Assembly: GCA_963845515.1 (NCBI GenBank)
Contig: CAWJSR010000023.1
Coordinates: 64,001-128,000 of the forward strand
Length of the DNA: 64,000 nucleotides
Direction: 5' to 3'
Origin: an uncultured delta proteobacterium
GTDB taxonomy: Bacteria > Myxococcota > Myxococcia > Myxococcales > Anaeromyxobacteraceae
Positions 29,536-38,836 of the stretch are shown in pieces (the stretch's first letter is position 1; the number at the start of each line of letters is the position of its first letter). Below the pieces are notes generated by a model, which was given only the letters and a program-made list of their open reading frames with translations, had not been told where the DNA came from and did no database searches. A program made the translations under genes and the position numbers.

Positions 29536-30486
29536 CTACTGCTTGCGGTAGGGCAGCTGGGCCACGAGCGAGACGGGCCGGTTGGCCGGCGTCGTCCCGT
29601 CGCGGGCTCCCGAGCTGTCGCCGATGTACAGGACGTCCGGGGTCGAGGCGGCGTCGACGTACAGGAGCGTGTAGAGCGTCACGGACGCGGGGTACGAGGC
29701 GACGAGATTGGTGGCGTGGGCGGTCACGGTGTTCACGCCGAGCTGCGCCGGCACCGCGCCGCCCACCGTGAACGACCCGCCGAACGAGAACGTGTCTACG
29801 ACGGACCCTGAGCAGCTGCCGTCGTAGCTCGAGTGCAAGGTGTCGAGCCCGCTCCAGCTCTCGCCGCTGAAGGAGAGCCTCTCCTTCACGTCGCCGTAGT
29901 AGCTCCCCTGGCAGGAGGCCCAGGAGCCCTGGATGACGTCGGCGAAGCTCGGCTCGGGGAGCCCGCCCAGGTACCTCGGCTTCCAGGCCTCGAGGACGGC
30001 AGGGCGCCTGTCGGGCGTGCTGCCGTCGAGCGCCGGATCGATCGCCTGGTCGCCGGTGTAGAGCACGTCCGGATTGGGCCCGACGTCGACATAGACGATC
30101 GAGTAGAACGTGACGCCGCCGCCGTCGGTGACGTCGATGGCGCGCGCCGTCACCACGCCCCCTGCGGCTCCGACTCGCGCCTCGACCGGGCCGCCGATCG
30201 TGAAGGTGCCGGCGAAGGTTCCGGCGACCGTCCCCGTCCCGCTGCAGGTCGCGTCCGTGCTCGCGTGCGTCGTCTGGACGCTGACCACGGTGTCGCCGTC
30301 GATGGTGAGCGCCTCCGCCTGGTCGGACGCGCCGGACCCTTCGTTCACGCAGGAGATCCAGGTGCCCTGCAGGGTCGCGGGGAACGGGACCGGAGCAGGC
30401 GGGTCGTTCCCGCCGTCGGGGTCGCAGCCCGCCGAGAGCCCCGCAAGCAGCAGCGCGAGAGAGAACCTCATCAGTGTCGTCGTCAT
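29536..30486 (-). CDS. Lipoprotein with two tandem homologous beta domains
   Basis: LSAGC lipobox; LQGTWISC...CSG...PDVLYTGD...DGSTPDRRP repeated as IQGSWASC...CSG...PDVLYIGD...DGTTPANRP. Confidence 0.8.
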   Translation of the reverse strand: MTTTLMRFSLALLLAGLSAGCDPDGGNDPPAPVPFPATLQGTWISCVNEGSGASDQAEALTIDGDTVVSVQTTHASTDATCSGTGTVAGTFAGTFTIGGPVEARVGAAGGVVTARAIDVTDGGGVTFYSIVYVDVGPNPDVLYTGDQAIDPALDGSTPDRRPAVLEAWKPRYLGGLPEPSFADVIQGSWASCQGSYYGDVKERLSFSGESWSGLDTLHSSYDGSCSGSVVDTFSFGGSFTVGGAVPAQLGVNTVTAHATNLVASYPASVTLYTLLYVDAASTPDVLYIGDSSGARDGTTPANRPVSLVAQLPYRKQ

Positions 30487-30657
30487 GGCTTCCTCCCGGA
30501 ACGTAGAGGCGCCGGGGAGGCGTGCGTGACCTGCGAAGCGCCTCCCCCCCTCGGGAAGGGCCGCTCCAAAGGGCGGCGGGCGGGCCACGTCGGGGCTGGC
30601 CCGGGGCCGTCGTGCGCGCTCTCGCCGCGGTCGCGGGCGACGCACTACAATGGCCGG

Positions 30658-31881
30658 ATGCACCTCCGCCGCCTCGCGGTCCCCCTCGCCGTCGTCGTCG
30701 CTTTCGTCGCCGGGCTCTCGCTGAGCCACGTCGCCGCCGCCCCGAAGAGGGCGCCTTCTCCGCCCTACAAGCCGCTCGACGTCTTCGCCGAGGTGCTCGC
30801 CTCGGTGGAGAACAACTACGTCGAGCCGGTCGCCGAGCAGGAGCTGGTCTATGGCGCCATCGACGGCATGGTGGCGAAGCTGGACCCCCACTCGGTCTTC
30901 ATGCGCCCCGACGTCTACAAGGCGATGCACGACGAGGCGATCGGCGAGTTCGACGGCCTCGGGCTGGAGGTGAGCATCGAGGGGGACGTGCTGGTGATCG
31001 TGACGCCGGTGGCCGACTCGCCCGCCGAGCGGGCCGGGCTCCACCCGGGCGACCGGATCGTCTCGATCGACGGCGAGGCGACGCGTGACATGACCCTCGG
31101 CGAGGCGCTCCAGCGGATGCGCGGCGCGCCGGGGACCCGGGTGGTGCTCGAGATCATGCGGGAGGGGTTCCAGGCGCCGCTCAAGCTGACGCTGGTGCGC
31201 GACCGGGTCCGGATGCAGAGCGTCGAGTGGCGCCCCCTCGACACCGCCAAGCGGCACGCCTACGTGCGGGTGAAGGCGTTCCAGGATCGGACCGACCGGG
31301 CCATCCGAAAGGCGCTCGACGACGCCCGCGCCGCCTTCAAGGGCGAGATCCAGGGGCTGGTGCTCGACCTCCGCAACAACCCCGGTGGCCTGCTGCAGCA
31401 GGCGGTGCGCGTCTCTGACATCTGGCTGTCGCAGGGCGTCATCGTCTCCGTCGAGGGGCGCAGCAAGGCGAACGTCGAGGTCGAGAAGGCCCGCGAGAAG
31501 GACACCGAGCCCGGCTACCCGATCGTCATCCTCGTCAACAAGGGGACGGCCAGCGCCAGCGAGATCGTCGCCGGGGCGCTCCAGGATCAGGGTCGCGCCG
31601 CGCTCCTCGGCCAGACCACCTTCGGCAAGGGCTCGGTCCAGTCGATCATCGAGCTGGAGGACGGCTCAGGGCTCAAGCTGACGGTGGCCCGCTACTTCAC
31701 CCCGAAGCACCGCTCGATCCACGGCCAGGGCATCGCGCCGGACGTGGTCGTGGAGGTGCCGCCGCCGGCCCCCCCGGCCGCGCGCGACGGCAAGGCTCCT
31801 CAGGCTGGCCCCGATACGCAGTTGGAGCGAGCCCGGCAGTGGCTCGAGGATCCCGCCCGAGGCAGGTCTGCCGGCCGGTGA
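30658..31881 (+). CDS. ctpA: S41 carboxy-terminal processing protease with PDZ domain
   Basis: LDPHS, FDGLGLE, DLRNNPGG, TASASEIVAGALQD, TFGKGSVQ. Confidence 0.95.
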   Translation: MHLRRLAVPLAVVVAFVAGLSLSHVAAAPKRAPSPPYKPLDVFAEVLASVENNYVEPVAEQELVYGAIDGMVAKLDPHSVFMRPDVYKAMHDEAIGEFDGLGLEVSIEGDVLVIVTPVADSPAERAGLHPGDRIVSIDGEATRDMTLGEALQRMRGAPGTRVVLEIMREGFQAPLKLTLVRDRVRMQSVEWRPLDTAKRHAYVRVKAFQDRTDRAIRKALDDARAAFKGEIQGLVLDLRNNPGGLLQQAVRVSDIWLSQGVIVSVEGRSKANVEVEKAREKDTEPGYPIVILVNKGTASASEIVAGALQDQGRAALLGQTTFGKGSVQSIIELEDGSGLKLTVARYFTPKHRSIHGQGIAPDVVVEVPPPAPPAARDGKAPQAGPDTQLERARQWLEDPARGRSAGR

Positions 31882-31956
31882 TGGTCGGTTTTCAGCGCAC
31901 ACCTCGGGTGCGACGTCAGCGCGCAATTCCCCAGTATCGACGCTGGTTTCCAGCTG

Positions 31957-31984
31957 TTGACTTCCCCGCCTGGAGGGTTATAGT
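31957..31984 (+). promoter_or_regulatory. sigma70-like promoter of the GT2 gene
   Basis: TTGACT-16bp-TATAGT. Confidence 0.5.
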
Positions 31985-32014
31985 CGCGCGAATTTTCGTG
32001 GGAACCCCCCAGAC

Positions 32015-33535
32015 ATGAGCATGAGCCCAATCGAGCTGTCGGTCGTCGTTGCCTACGCGCTGCTGCTCGGCGTGCTCTCCGTGTACGGGGGCCACCGGTA
32101 CTACATGGTGTACCTGTACTACCGGCACCAGTACCACCGGCCGACGGCGCCGCGCCGCTTCGAAGAGGGCGAGCTCCCGCGCGTCACCGTCCAGCTCCCC
32201 ATCTTCAACGAGATGTACGTGATCGAGCGGCTCGTCGGCGCGGTCGCGAGCATCCGCTACCCCCGCCACCTGCTCGACGTCCAGATCCTCGACGACTCGA
32301 CCGACGAGACGGTCGCCATCGCGCGCGCCTGCGCCGAGCGGTTTCGCGCCGACGGCCTCGACATCGTCCACATCCACCGCACCGACCGGACCGGCTTCAA
32401 GGCGGGGGCGCTGGAGAACGGCCTCCGGACCGCCAAGGGGGAGCTGGTGGCGGTGTTCGACGCCGACTTCGTACCGGGCCCCGACTTCCTCGACCGGACG
32501 GTCCACCAGTTCACCGACGCAGGCGTCGGCATGGTCCAGACCCGCTGGGAGCACATCAACGGCGACTACTCCCAGCTGACCCGGGTCCAGGCGATCCTGC
32601 TCGACGGCCACTTCGTCGTCGAGCACACCGCGCGCAACCGCGCCGGCCGCTTCTTCAACTTCAACGGCACCGCGGGTATCTGGCGGCGCCAGGCGATCGA
32701 CGACGCGGGGGGCTGGGAGCATGACACCCTCACGGAGGACTCCGACCTCTCCTACCGGTCGCAGGCGGCTGGCTGGCGCTTCGTCTACCTGAAGGACGTC
32801 GTGGTGCCTGCCGAGCTGCCGGTCGAGATGACCGCGTTCAAGGCGCAGCAGCACCGGTGGGCGAAGGGGCTCATCCAGGTCGCGATGAAGCTCCTCCCCC
32901 GGCTCCTCCGCTCCGACCTGCCGAGGGAGATCAAGAAGGAGGCCTTCTTCCACCTGACCTCCAACGTCGCCTTCCTGCTGATGATCCCGCTCGCCATCCT
33001 GCTGCCGGTGACGGTCGTCGTCCGGGTCTCGCACGGCGCGATGGAGGTGCTCCTCCTCGACCTCCCGTTCTTCGCCGCCGCCACCTTCAGCGTCGTCTTC
33101 TTCTACGCGGTCAGCCAGCGCGAGCTGGGGCGCCGCTGGTGGGAGTGGCTGCCGCGGATCCCGTTCGTCCTCGCGGTGGGGATCGGCCTCTCGATCAACA
33201 ACGCGCGCGCCGTGGTCGAGGCGCTGATGGGGTACCAGACCGCGTTCGTCCGCACCCCCAAGTTCGGCGTTAAGGCGCCCGGCGAGTCCGTCGGGCGCAA
33301 GCGCTACAAGGCGATGGTCAGCCTGCAGCCGCTCGTCGAGCTGGCGATGGCCTGCTACATGACGTACGGCGTCGTGTACCTGATCGAGCGCGAGGTCTAC
33401 TACTCGCTGCCGTTCCTGCTCCTCTTCCAGTTCGGCTTCGGCTACGTCGCGCTCCTCTCCATCTGGGAGCACGCCCGAGGCATGTTCGGCAGCAGGGTCA
33501 GGGTGGTGCCGCAGCCGGCGCCGACGGTCGAGTAG
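32015..33535 (+). CDS. Membrane GT2 glycosyltransferase (cellulose-synthase-like)
   Basis: [32 protein letters not shown] (D,D,D,QxxRW). Confidence 0.93.
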   Translation: MSMSPIELSVVVAYALLLGVLSVYGGHRYYMVYLYYRHQYHRPTAPRRFEEGELPRVTVQLPIFNEMYVIERLVGAVASIRYPRHLLDVQILDDSTDETVAIARACAERFRADGLDIVHIHRTDRTGFKAGALENGLRTAKGELVAVFDADFVPGPDFLDRTVHQFTDAGVGMVQTRWEHINGDYSQLTRVQAILLDGHFVVEHTARNRAGRFFNFNGTAGIWRRQAIDDAGGWEHDTLTEDSDLSYRSQAAGWRFVYLKDVVVPAELPVEMTAFKAQQHRWAKGLIQVAMKLLPRLLRSDLPREIKKEAFFHLTSNVAFLLMIPLAILLPVTVVVRVSHGAMEVLLLDLPFFAAATFSVVFFYAVSQRELGRRWWEWLPRIPFVLAVGIGLSINNARAVVEALMGYQTAFVRTPKFGVKAPGESVGRKRYKAMVSLQPLVELAMACYMTYGVVYLIEREVYYSLPFLLLFQFGFGYVALLSIWEHARGMFGSRVRVVPQPAPTVE

Positions 33536-33570
33536 AGCCCTCTGCCGGTGAGGGAGCGGCGTTCGACGCC

Positions 33571-35136
33571 CTACTTCACGCCCTCGTCCTCGTCGTCCGG
33601 GAAGTACTTCCTGGCGCAGTCCGGGCAGATGCCGTGCGTGAACTGGGCCTCCGAGCGCTCCCGGATGAACGTCTCGATCCGGTTCCAGTAGCCCCGATCG
33701 TCGCGGATCTTCTTGCAGTGGGCGCAGATGGGGAGCAGCCCCCTGAGCGTCTTCACGTCGGCGAGGGCCGCCTTCAGCTCGCCTATCAGCCGCTCGCGCT
33801 CCACCTCTGACTGCTTGCGCTCCGTGATGTCCTGGATGAAGCCGATGACGGCGGGGCCATCTGCGAGCTCGACCTTCGCGTCGGTCACCGCCGCCAGGAA
33901 CGAGGTGCCGTCCGGGCGCAGCAGCGTGACCTCCATGGTCGCCTCCACGGCCTCGCCGCGCATCCGCCGCTCGATCCGCTCGGCGGTCCGGTCCGCGTCC
34001 GCGGGTGGCACGCTGTCGACGATCGAGCGTCCGGCCGCCACGGCGGCGCTCGGGAGGCCGAACGCCTTCACGAACGCGGGGTTCACGTAGACGACCTCGG
34101 TGCCGCGCGTCGCAGCGACCGCGATCGGCGCTCCCTCCACGAGCGCCCGGAAGCTCTGCTCGCTCTCGCGCCTCCACGACCGGAGCAGGTACCATGTGGC
34201 GGCGAGGGTCAGCAGGACGAAGAGACCGGAGGCTGCCCCCGTCCGCACGGCCTCCGCGCGCCAGGGCGCCAGGAACTCCTCCGAGCCGGCGGCGACCAGG
34301 AGGTTGAACGTCCCGCCAGCGACGGCACGGAAGCTGGTGACCCTCTCGGTCTGGTCGACCGGACTCATCCCGACGAAGGTGGCCTCGGTCTTCCCGGAGG
34401 CGATGACCTCCCTGAGGTTCCCGGTGACCTGCCGCTTCCCGATGGCGCTCGCCACGTCGCCTCGCTCGGGGAAGCGAGCGACGAGCGCGAGGTCCCTGTC
34501 CCGCAGCGCGACCACGACGTCGCTGCCCATGTCCACCGACGAGAGGGTCTTGGTGAACCGGTCCAGCCCGATGACCGCGTAGACCAGCCCGTCGAAGGTG
34601 CCGTCTGGAAGCTCCAGCCGCCGCCCCACGGCGATCGACCGCTTGCCGGTGATCCGGGAGACGAGCGGCGTCGAGACGATCATGCCGGCGCCGCGGTGCT
34701 CCTTCGCCGCGATGAAGTAGTCCCGGTCGGCGATCTCGACGGTCGGGTCGGCTGGGACCCCGGGGCCCTCCTCCACGCGGCCGTTGCCGTCGGCGGTGCG
34801 GATCCCGTCGAGGAGCGGGATCTCGGACTGGAACCTGGTGAGGATGGCCGCCACCTGCGAGGAGGTGTGCGCGCCACGCGAGCGCCCGTCCTCGATCTCG
34901 GCGGTGACCGCGACCAGCCCGAGGTCGATGAGCCGGATCGTCCCCTCCAGGTTCTCGGCGAGCACGCGCGCGAGGCTCTGAGTGGTCCGCTTCGCGAGCG
35001 CGTAAGCGGCGCTGCGCGACTCGACCACCGACCGCCACGCCGCGGCTACCACGACGAGGTCGATCACCAGGATCGCGAAGGCGACGCCGCGCGCCGTGCG
35101 GGAGCGGAAGCGGGGTCGCTTGAGGTCGCCAGTCAA
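33571..35136 (-). CDS. Membrane sensor: Cache-like domain, PAS domain and C-terminal Cys-motif tail
   Basis: Two TMs, IADRDYF, SRITGK, PAS ending QDITERK, LLPICAHCKKIRDD...THGICPDC. Confidence 0.82.
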   Translation of the reverse strand: MTGDLKRPRFRSRTARGVAFAILVIDLVVVAAAWRSVVESRSAAYALAKRTTQSLARVLAENLEGTIRLIDLGLVAVTAEIEDGRSRGAHTSSQVAAILTRFQSEIPLLDGIRTADGNGRVEEGPGVPADPTVEIADRDYFIAAKEHRGAGMIVSTPLVSRITGKRSIAVGRRLELPDGTFDGLVYAVIGLDRFTKTLSSVDMGSDVVVALRDRDLALVARFPERGDVASAIGKRQVTGNLREVIASGKTEATFVGMSPVDQTERVTSFRAVAGGTFNLLVAAGSEEFLAPWRAEAVRTGAASGLFVLLTLAATWYLLRSWRRESEQSFRALVEGAPIAVAATRGTEVVYVNPAFVKAFGLPSAAVAAGRSIVDSVPPADADRTAERIERRMRGEAVEATMEVTLLRPDGTSFLAAVTDAKVELADGPAVIGFIQDITERKQSEVERERLIGELKAALADVKTLRGLLPICAHCKKIRDDRGYWNRIETFIRERSEAQFTHGICPDCARKYFPDDEDEGVK

Positions 35137-35221
35137 TGGGGGTCCACGCCGAAGGGTGACCAGCTGACTACACTACGAAACCGGCCCGGAATCGAGAGCC
35201 CACGTCCGCTGCGTCAGGGTG

Positions 35222-35731
35222 TCACTTCGGGGGGTCGAGCCGCTTCTCGAGCAGCGTCACGCCGCGGTCCACGCGCGCGGCGGTCTCGTAGCCCATCCGC
35301 TCCCAGAAGTCGCGGGCCTCGGGGTGCTCGTCGCAGACGGCGAGGGTGACGATCGCCAGCCCCCGCTCGCGCAGCCGCTCCTCGGTGGCGCGCACGAGCT
35401 CGGATCCCAGCCCCATCCCCTGCAGCCCTTCACGGAGGAGCAGGAGCACGACGTGGGCCGTGTCGGGGCCGCCACGCGCGAGGTCGAGGTCGAGGAGCCC
35501 CACGGCCCTGCCGCCCGCGCGAAGCCGAAGCAGCAGCACCCGCCGCGTCGCGTCGGCCTCCGCCTCCTCCAGCAGCCGCTCCGCCGTGTCCGGTTCGGCG
35601 CCGCAGCCCTGGAGCCGCTCGAAGTAGTCGGGAGCGCCGTCCAGGCAGGCCTGCAGAGCGCCCATGTCGTCGCGCCCTGCCGGGTGGGCGACGAGCCGCG
35701 CGGTCTCGATCCGGAGGTCCAGGGGGCTCAC
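35222..35731 (-). CDS. GNAT-family N-acetyltransferase
   Basis: LQGMGLGSELV motif A, ARDFWERMGY; GTGA overlap with the HAD gene. Confidence 0.85.
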   Translation of the reverse strand: MSPLDLRIETARLVAHPAGRDDMGALQACLDGAPDYFERLQGCGAEPDTAERLLEEAEADATRRVLLLRLRAGGRAVGLLDLDLARGGPDTAHVVLLLLREGLQGMGLGSELVRATEERLRERGLAIVTLAVCDEHPEARDFWERMGYETAARVDRGVTLLEKRLDPPK

Positions 35732-36434
35732 GCTCCCATCAGCAGCGGCAGCGCCTCTGGCGAGGCGAGCGAGGTGACGATCCACTCGGCGCCCGCGTCG
35801 CGGAGCTCCTGGACGGAGAAGCGGCCGGTGGCGACGCCGAGGACGGGGCAGCCGTGGAGGTGGGCGGCGTAGACGTCGCGAGGGGTGTCGCCCACTATGA
35901 GCGCCTCGCCCGCCGCCACCGGGCGGCCGAGCCTGGCCGAGGCCCTGCGCAGGGCGGCGGCCACGACGTCCTCGCGCGCCTCGCCGTCGGCCGCGAAGCC
36001 GGCGATGGCCAGCGCGTCCCACTCGAAGTACCGGTCGAGCCCCGCGTGGGTGAGCTTCACCCGCGCGCCGTCCGCCACGTTCCCGGTGCAGAGGCCGAAC
36101 GGGCGCCCCGCGTCGCGCAGCGCCGCGAGCGTCTCCCCGGCTGCGGGAAGGACCTTGAACCCCGGGCCGTGGATCTCCCCCGGAGGTGCTCGACGTAGCG
36201 CCCGAGGAGGTCGTCGCAGAGCGCGTCGGTGTGCGGCTTCCCGAGGATCGTCAGCGCTTCGCGGACGATGAGCCGGTCGGTCATGCCGTCGAGCCGCATG
36301 TCCCGCAGGGCGCCGTCGAAGGGGCCGACGAAGTCGGCCACCGCGCGCTCGAAGGCGCGCCGGCCGGCGCCACCCGCGCTCACCAGGGTCCCGTCGATGT
36401 CCCAGAGGACGACCTGGATCCGCCGCGCCGTCAC
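35728..36434 (-). CDS. HAD-family hydrolase; frameshift near 36180
   Basis: [28 protein letters not shown] spread over two frames, joined at a G run. Confidence 0.85.
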
Positions 36435-37789
36435 GCGAAGAGCGCCTCCACGAAGGCGTCCGGGTCGAAGGGCTTCAGGTCGCCGACCGCCTCCCCGATG
36501 CCGACGTAGCGGACGGGGATCTGGAGCTCGTCGCAGATGCCGATGACGACCCCTCCCTTGGCGGTGCCGTCGAGCTTGGTGAGGACGAGCCCCGTGACGC
36601 CGAGCGCCTCGTGGAACTGGCGCGCCTGCGCGATCCCGTTCTGGCCGGTCGTGGAGTCGAGGACGAGGAGCGTCTCGTGAGGCGCGCCGGGAGCCGCCTT
36701 GGCCACGACCCGCTTCACCTTCCTCAGCTCCTCCATGAGCGGGGCCTTGGTGTGCAGCCGGCCGGCGGTGTCGCAGAGGACGACGTCCACCTTCTCGGCG
36801 GCGCCGCGCTGGACCGCCTCGAAGCAGACGCTGGCGGGATCGCCCCCCTCCTTGCCGCGGACGATGGGGGCCGAGACGCGCTCCGCCCAGATCTCGAGCT
36901 GCTCTCCGGCGGCGGCGCGGAACGTGTCGCCCGCGCCGAGGAGGACCGAGTGGCCCGCCCCCTTCAGCTTGGCGGCCAGCTTGCCGATGGTGGTCGTCTT
37001 CCCCGAGCCGTTCACGCCGACCACGAGCACCACCCACGGGCGGGCGTCGCCCACCGTGAGGGGCTGCTCGCCGGTCAGCTTCCCGTCCAGCGAAAGGATC
37101 CGGCGGATCTCCGTCCTCAGCGCGGCGCGCACCTTGTCCGCGTCGTGCAGCTCCTTCGAGCGGACGCGCTCGCGCACCGACTCCAGGAGCCGGCTGGCCG
37201 TCTTGACGCCGATGTCGGCCGTGAAGAGGACCTCCTCCAGGTCGGCCAGGATCGACTCGTCGACCGGCTTTCCGCCGCCCAGCAGGGCGGAGAGGCGGGC
37301 GACGAAGCCCCCGCGGGTCTTCTCGAGCCCGGCGGCGAGCGTCTTTCCCGCCTCGGCGGCGACCTTCTTGCGGTCCTCCTCCTCGGCGCGGCGGCGGGCC
37401 TCCTCCGCCTCGCGCGCGGCGCGGGCGGCCGCCTCGCGAGCGAGCCGCTCCGCCTCCTCGCGCTCCCGGGCCCTGCGCTCCTTCTCGAGCCGCTCGGCCT
37501 CCTTCTTCGCCGCGTACTCGGCCTTCCTGCGCGCCTCGACCTGCTCGGCGGTCTCGCCGGACGGGGGAGGGGGCGCGACGACCTTCGGGCGCGGGGATGC
37601 GGCGGGGGCGGCTGGCGCGGCGGCTTCCTGGTGGCGTGGCACGGCCCCCTGCCTCGGGGCAGGTGCCACGCTCCCCGGCGCACGCTTCTTCCGTGCGAGC
37701 CGGACCGCGGCCGCGATCACCAGGAGGCCGATTGCGGCCAGGACACCGACGCCGACGGCGTCGTTGGCGGAGAGGTCGAGCAGGGACAT
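36431..37789 (-). CDS. ftsY: SRP receptor FtsY with N-terminal TM segment
   Basis: [38 protein letters not shown]. Confidence 0.97.
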   Translation of the reverse strand: MSLLDLSANDAVGVGVLAAIGLLVIAAAVRLARKKRAPGSVAPAPRQGAVPRHQEAAAPAAPAASPRPKVVAPPPPSGETAEQVEARRKAEYAAKKEAERLEKERRAREREEAERLAREAAARAAREAEEARRRAEEEDRKKVAAEAGKTLAAGLEKTRGGFVARLSALLGGGKPVDESILADLEEVLFTADIGVKTASRLLESVRERVRSKELHDADKVRAALRTEIRRILSLDGKLTGEQPLTVGDARPWVVLVVGVNGSGKTTTIGKLAAKLKGAGHSVLLGAGDTFRAAAGEQLEIWAERVSAPIVRGKEGGDPASVCFEAVQRGAAEKVDVVLCDTAGRLHTKAPLMEELRKVKRVVAKAAPGAPHETLLVLDSTTGQNGIAQARQFHEALGVTGLVLTKLDGTAKGGVVIGICDELQIPVRYVGIGEAVGDLKPFDPDAFVEALFA

Positions 37790-37822
37790 CGGTTGGGGAA
37801 ACCTCCGGCCGGGAAGTCGCTG

Positions 37823-37851
37823 GGTATAGGTCTCCCAGCCGGGGGTGTCAA
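37823..37851 (-). promoter_or_regulatory. sigma70 promoter of ftsY
   Basis: TTGACA-17bp-TATACC. Confidence 0.6.
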
Positions 37852-37858
37852 CGCAGCC

Positions 37859-38803
37859 CTACCGGCGCCACTGGACCCAGACGCGCCTGTGGCAGCCGTG
37901 GCACCGGCCGTGCGGCGCGAGGCGGGGGACGGCGACGGAGGCGCCGCAGGCCGGGCAGTCGAGCCGGGTTCGGGTGACCGCGCGCCAGAGGATGACGAGC
38001 CCGGTGAGCGCGACCATCCCGAGCAGGAAGAGGTTCCGGCCGGCGTTCGGATCGACGCAGGCGCCGGGCGGCAGGACTGCGCAGGCGACCACGCTCGCCG
38101 CGCCGTCGATGGCCAGGAAGATGGAAGGCGGGACGGTGGCGACGCCGAGGACCACCACCGCGACCTCGCTGAAGGTGAAGGGCTTTCGACGTGCGAGGTA
38201 GACCACTCCTCCGGCGATCGCGCCCCAGCCCTCGAGCGCCGGGATCGGGGAGAGTGGCGAGGAGGCGGCCTCGCGCAGCGAGCCGACGTCGAGGCCGGGC
38301 ACCGGCGCCTGGGGAGGGACCAGGGCGCGGATCCGATCGGCTGCGGCGCGCGCCTCGGAGTCCGAGAGGACCGACGGGTCGAGCTTGTGGAGCACGGACT
38401 CGCGCGCAAGGTACCAGGCGGCCACCGCGCGGCTGGCGATCTCCTCCCAGGCCCTGTTGGCCCTGCTCGCCGCCTCCTTCAGGTCCGCCGCCTCCCCCGC
38501 TTGCCTGCCGAAGCCGAGCGGCCGCAGCAGGAGGCGGGCGGGCACGAGCGCGAAGTAGAGCGACGCGAACGCCAGGAACATCACGAGCAGGAACGGGCTC
38601 GGACCGGCCCTGGCGATGACGGCCGCCATGGCAGCGAGCATCACGGCCGCGACCCCGAGCCCGGTCACCGAGACGGGTCTCACGGCGCCGGGGACCTCGC
38701 CGGGCCGCTCTACGAGGAGGCCGCGGACGGCGTCGTCCCACGCGGTCATCCACGCGAGGTGGCGAGACGCTTGCGTTCCAGATCCTGCGACGTTCCGTGA
38801 CAC
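37859..38803 (-). CDS. Membrane hypothetical protein with C-terminal zinc-ribbon-like motif
   Basis: Several TMs; CPACG...CHGC near the C-terminus. Confidence 0.6.
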   Translation of the reverse strand: MSRNVAGSGTQASRHLAWMTAWDDAVRGLLVERPGEVPGAVRPVSVTGLGVAAVMLAAMAAVIARAGPSPFLLVMFLAFASLYFALVPARLLLRPLGFGRQAGEAADLKEAASRANRAWEEIASRAVAAWYLARESVLHKLDPSVLSDSEARAAADRIRALVPPQAPVPGLDVGSLREAASSPLSPIPALEGWGAIAGGVVYLARRKPFTFSEVAVVVLGVATVPPSIFLAIDGAASVVACAVLPPGACVDPNAGRNLFLLGMVALTGLVILWRAVTRTRLDCPACGASVAVPRLAPHGRCHGCHRRVWVQWRR

Positions 38804-38836
38804 CAGCGTTCCTCGCGACGAGTGTGCGCCAGGAGC

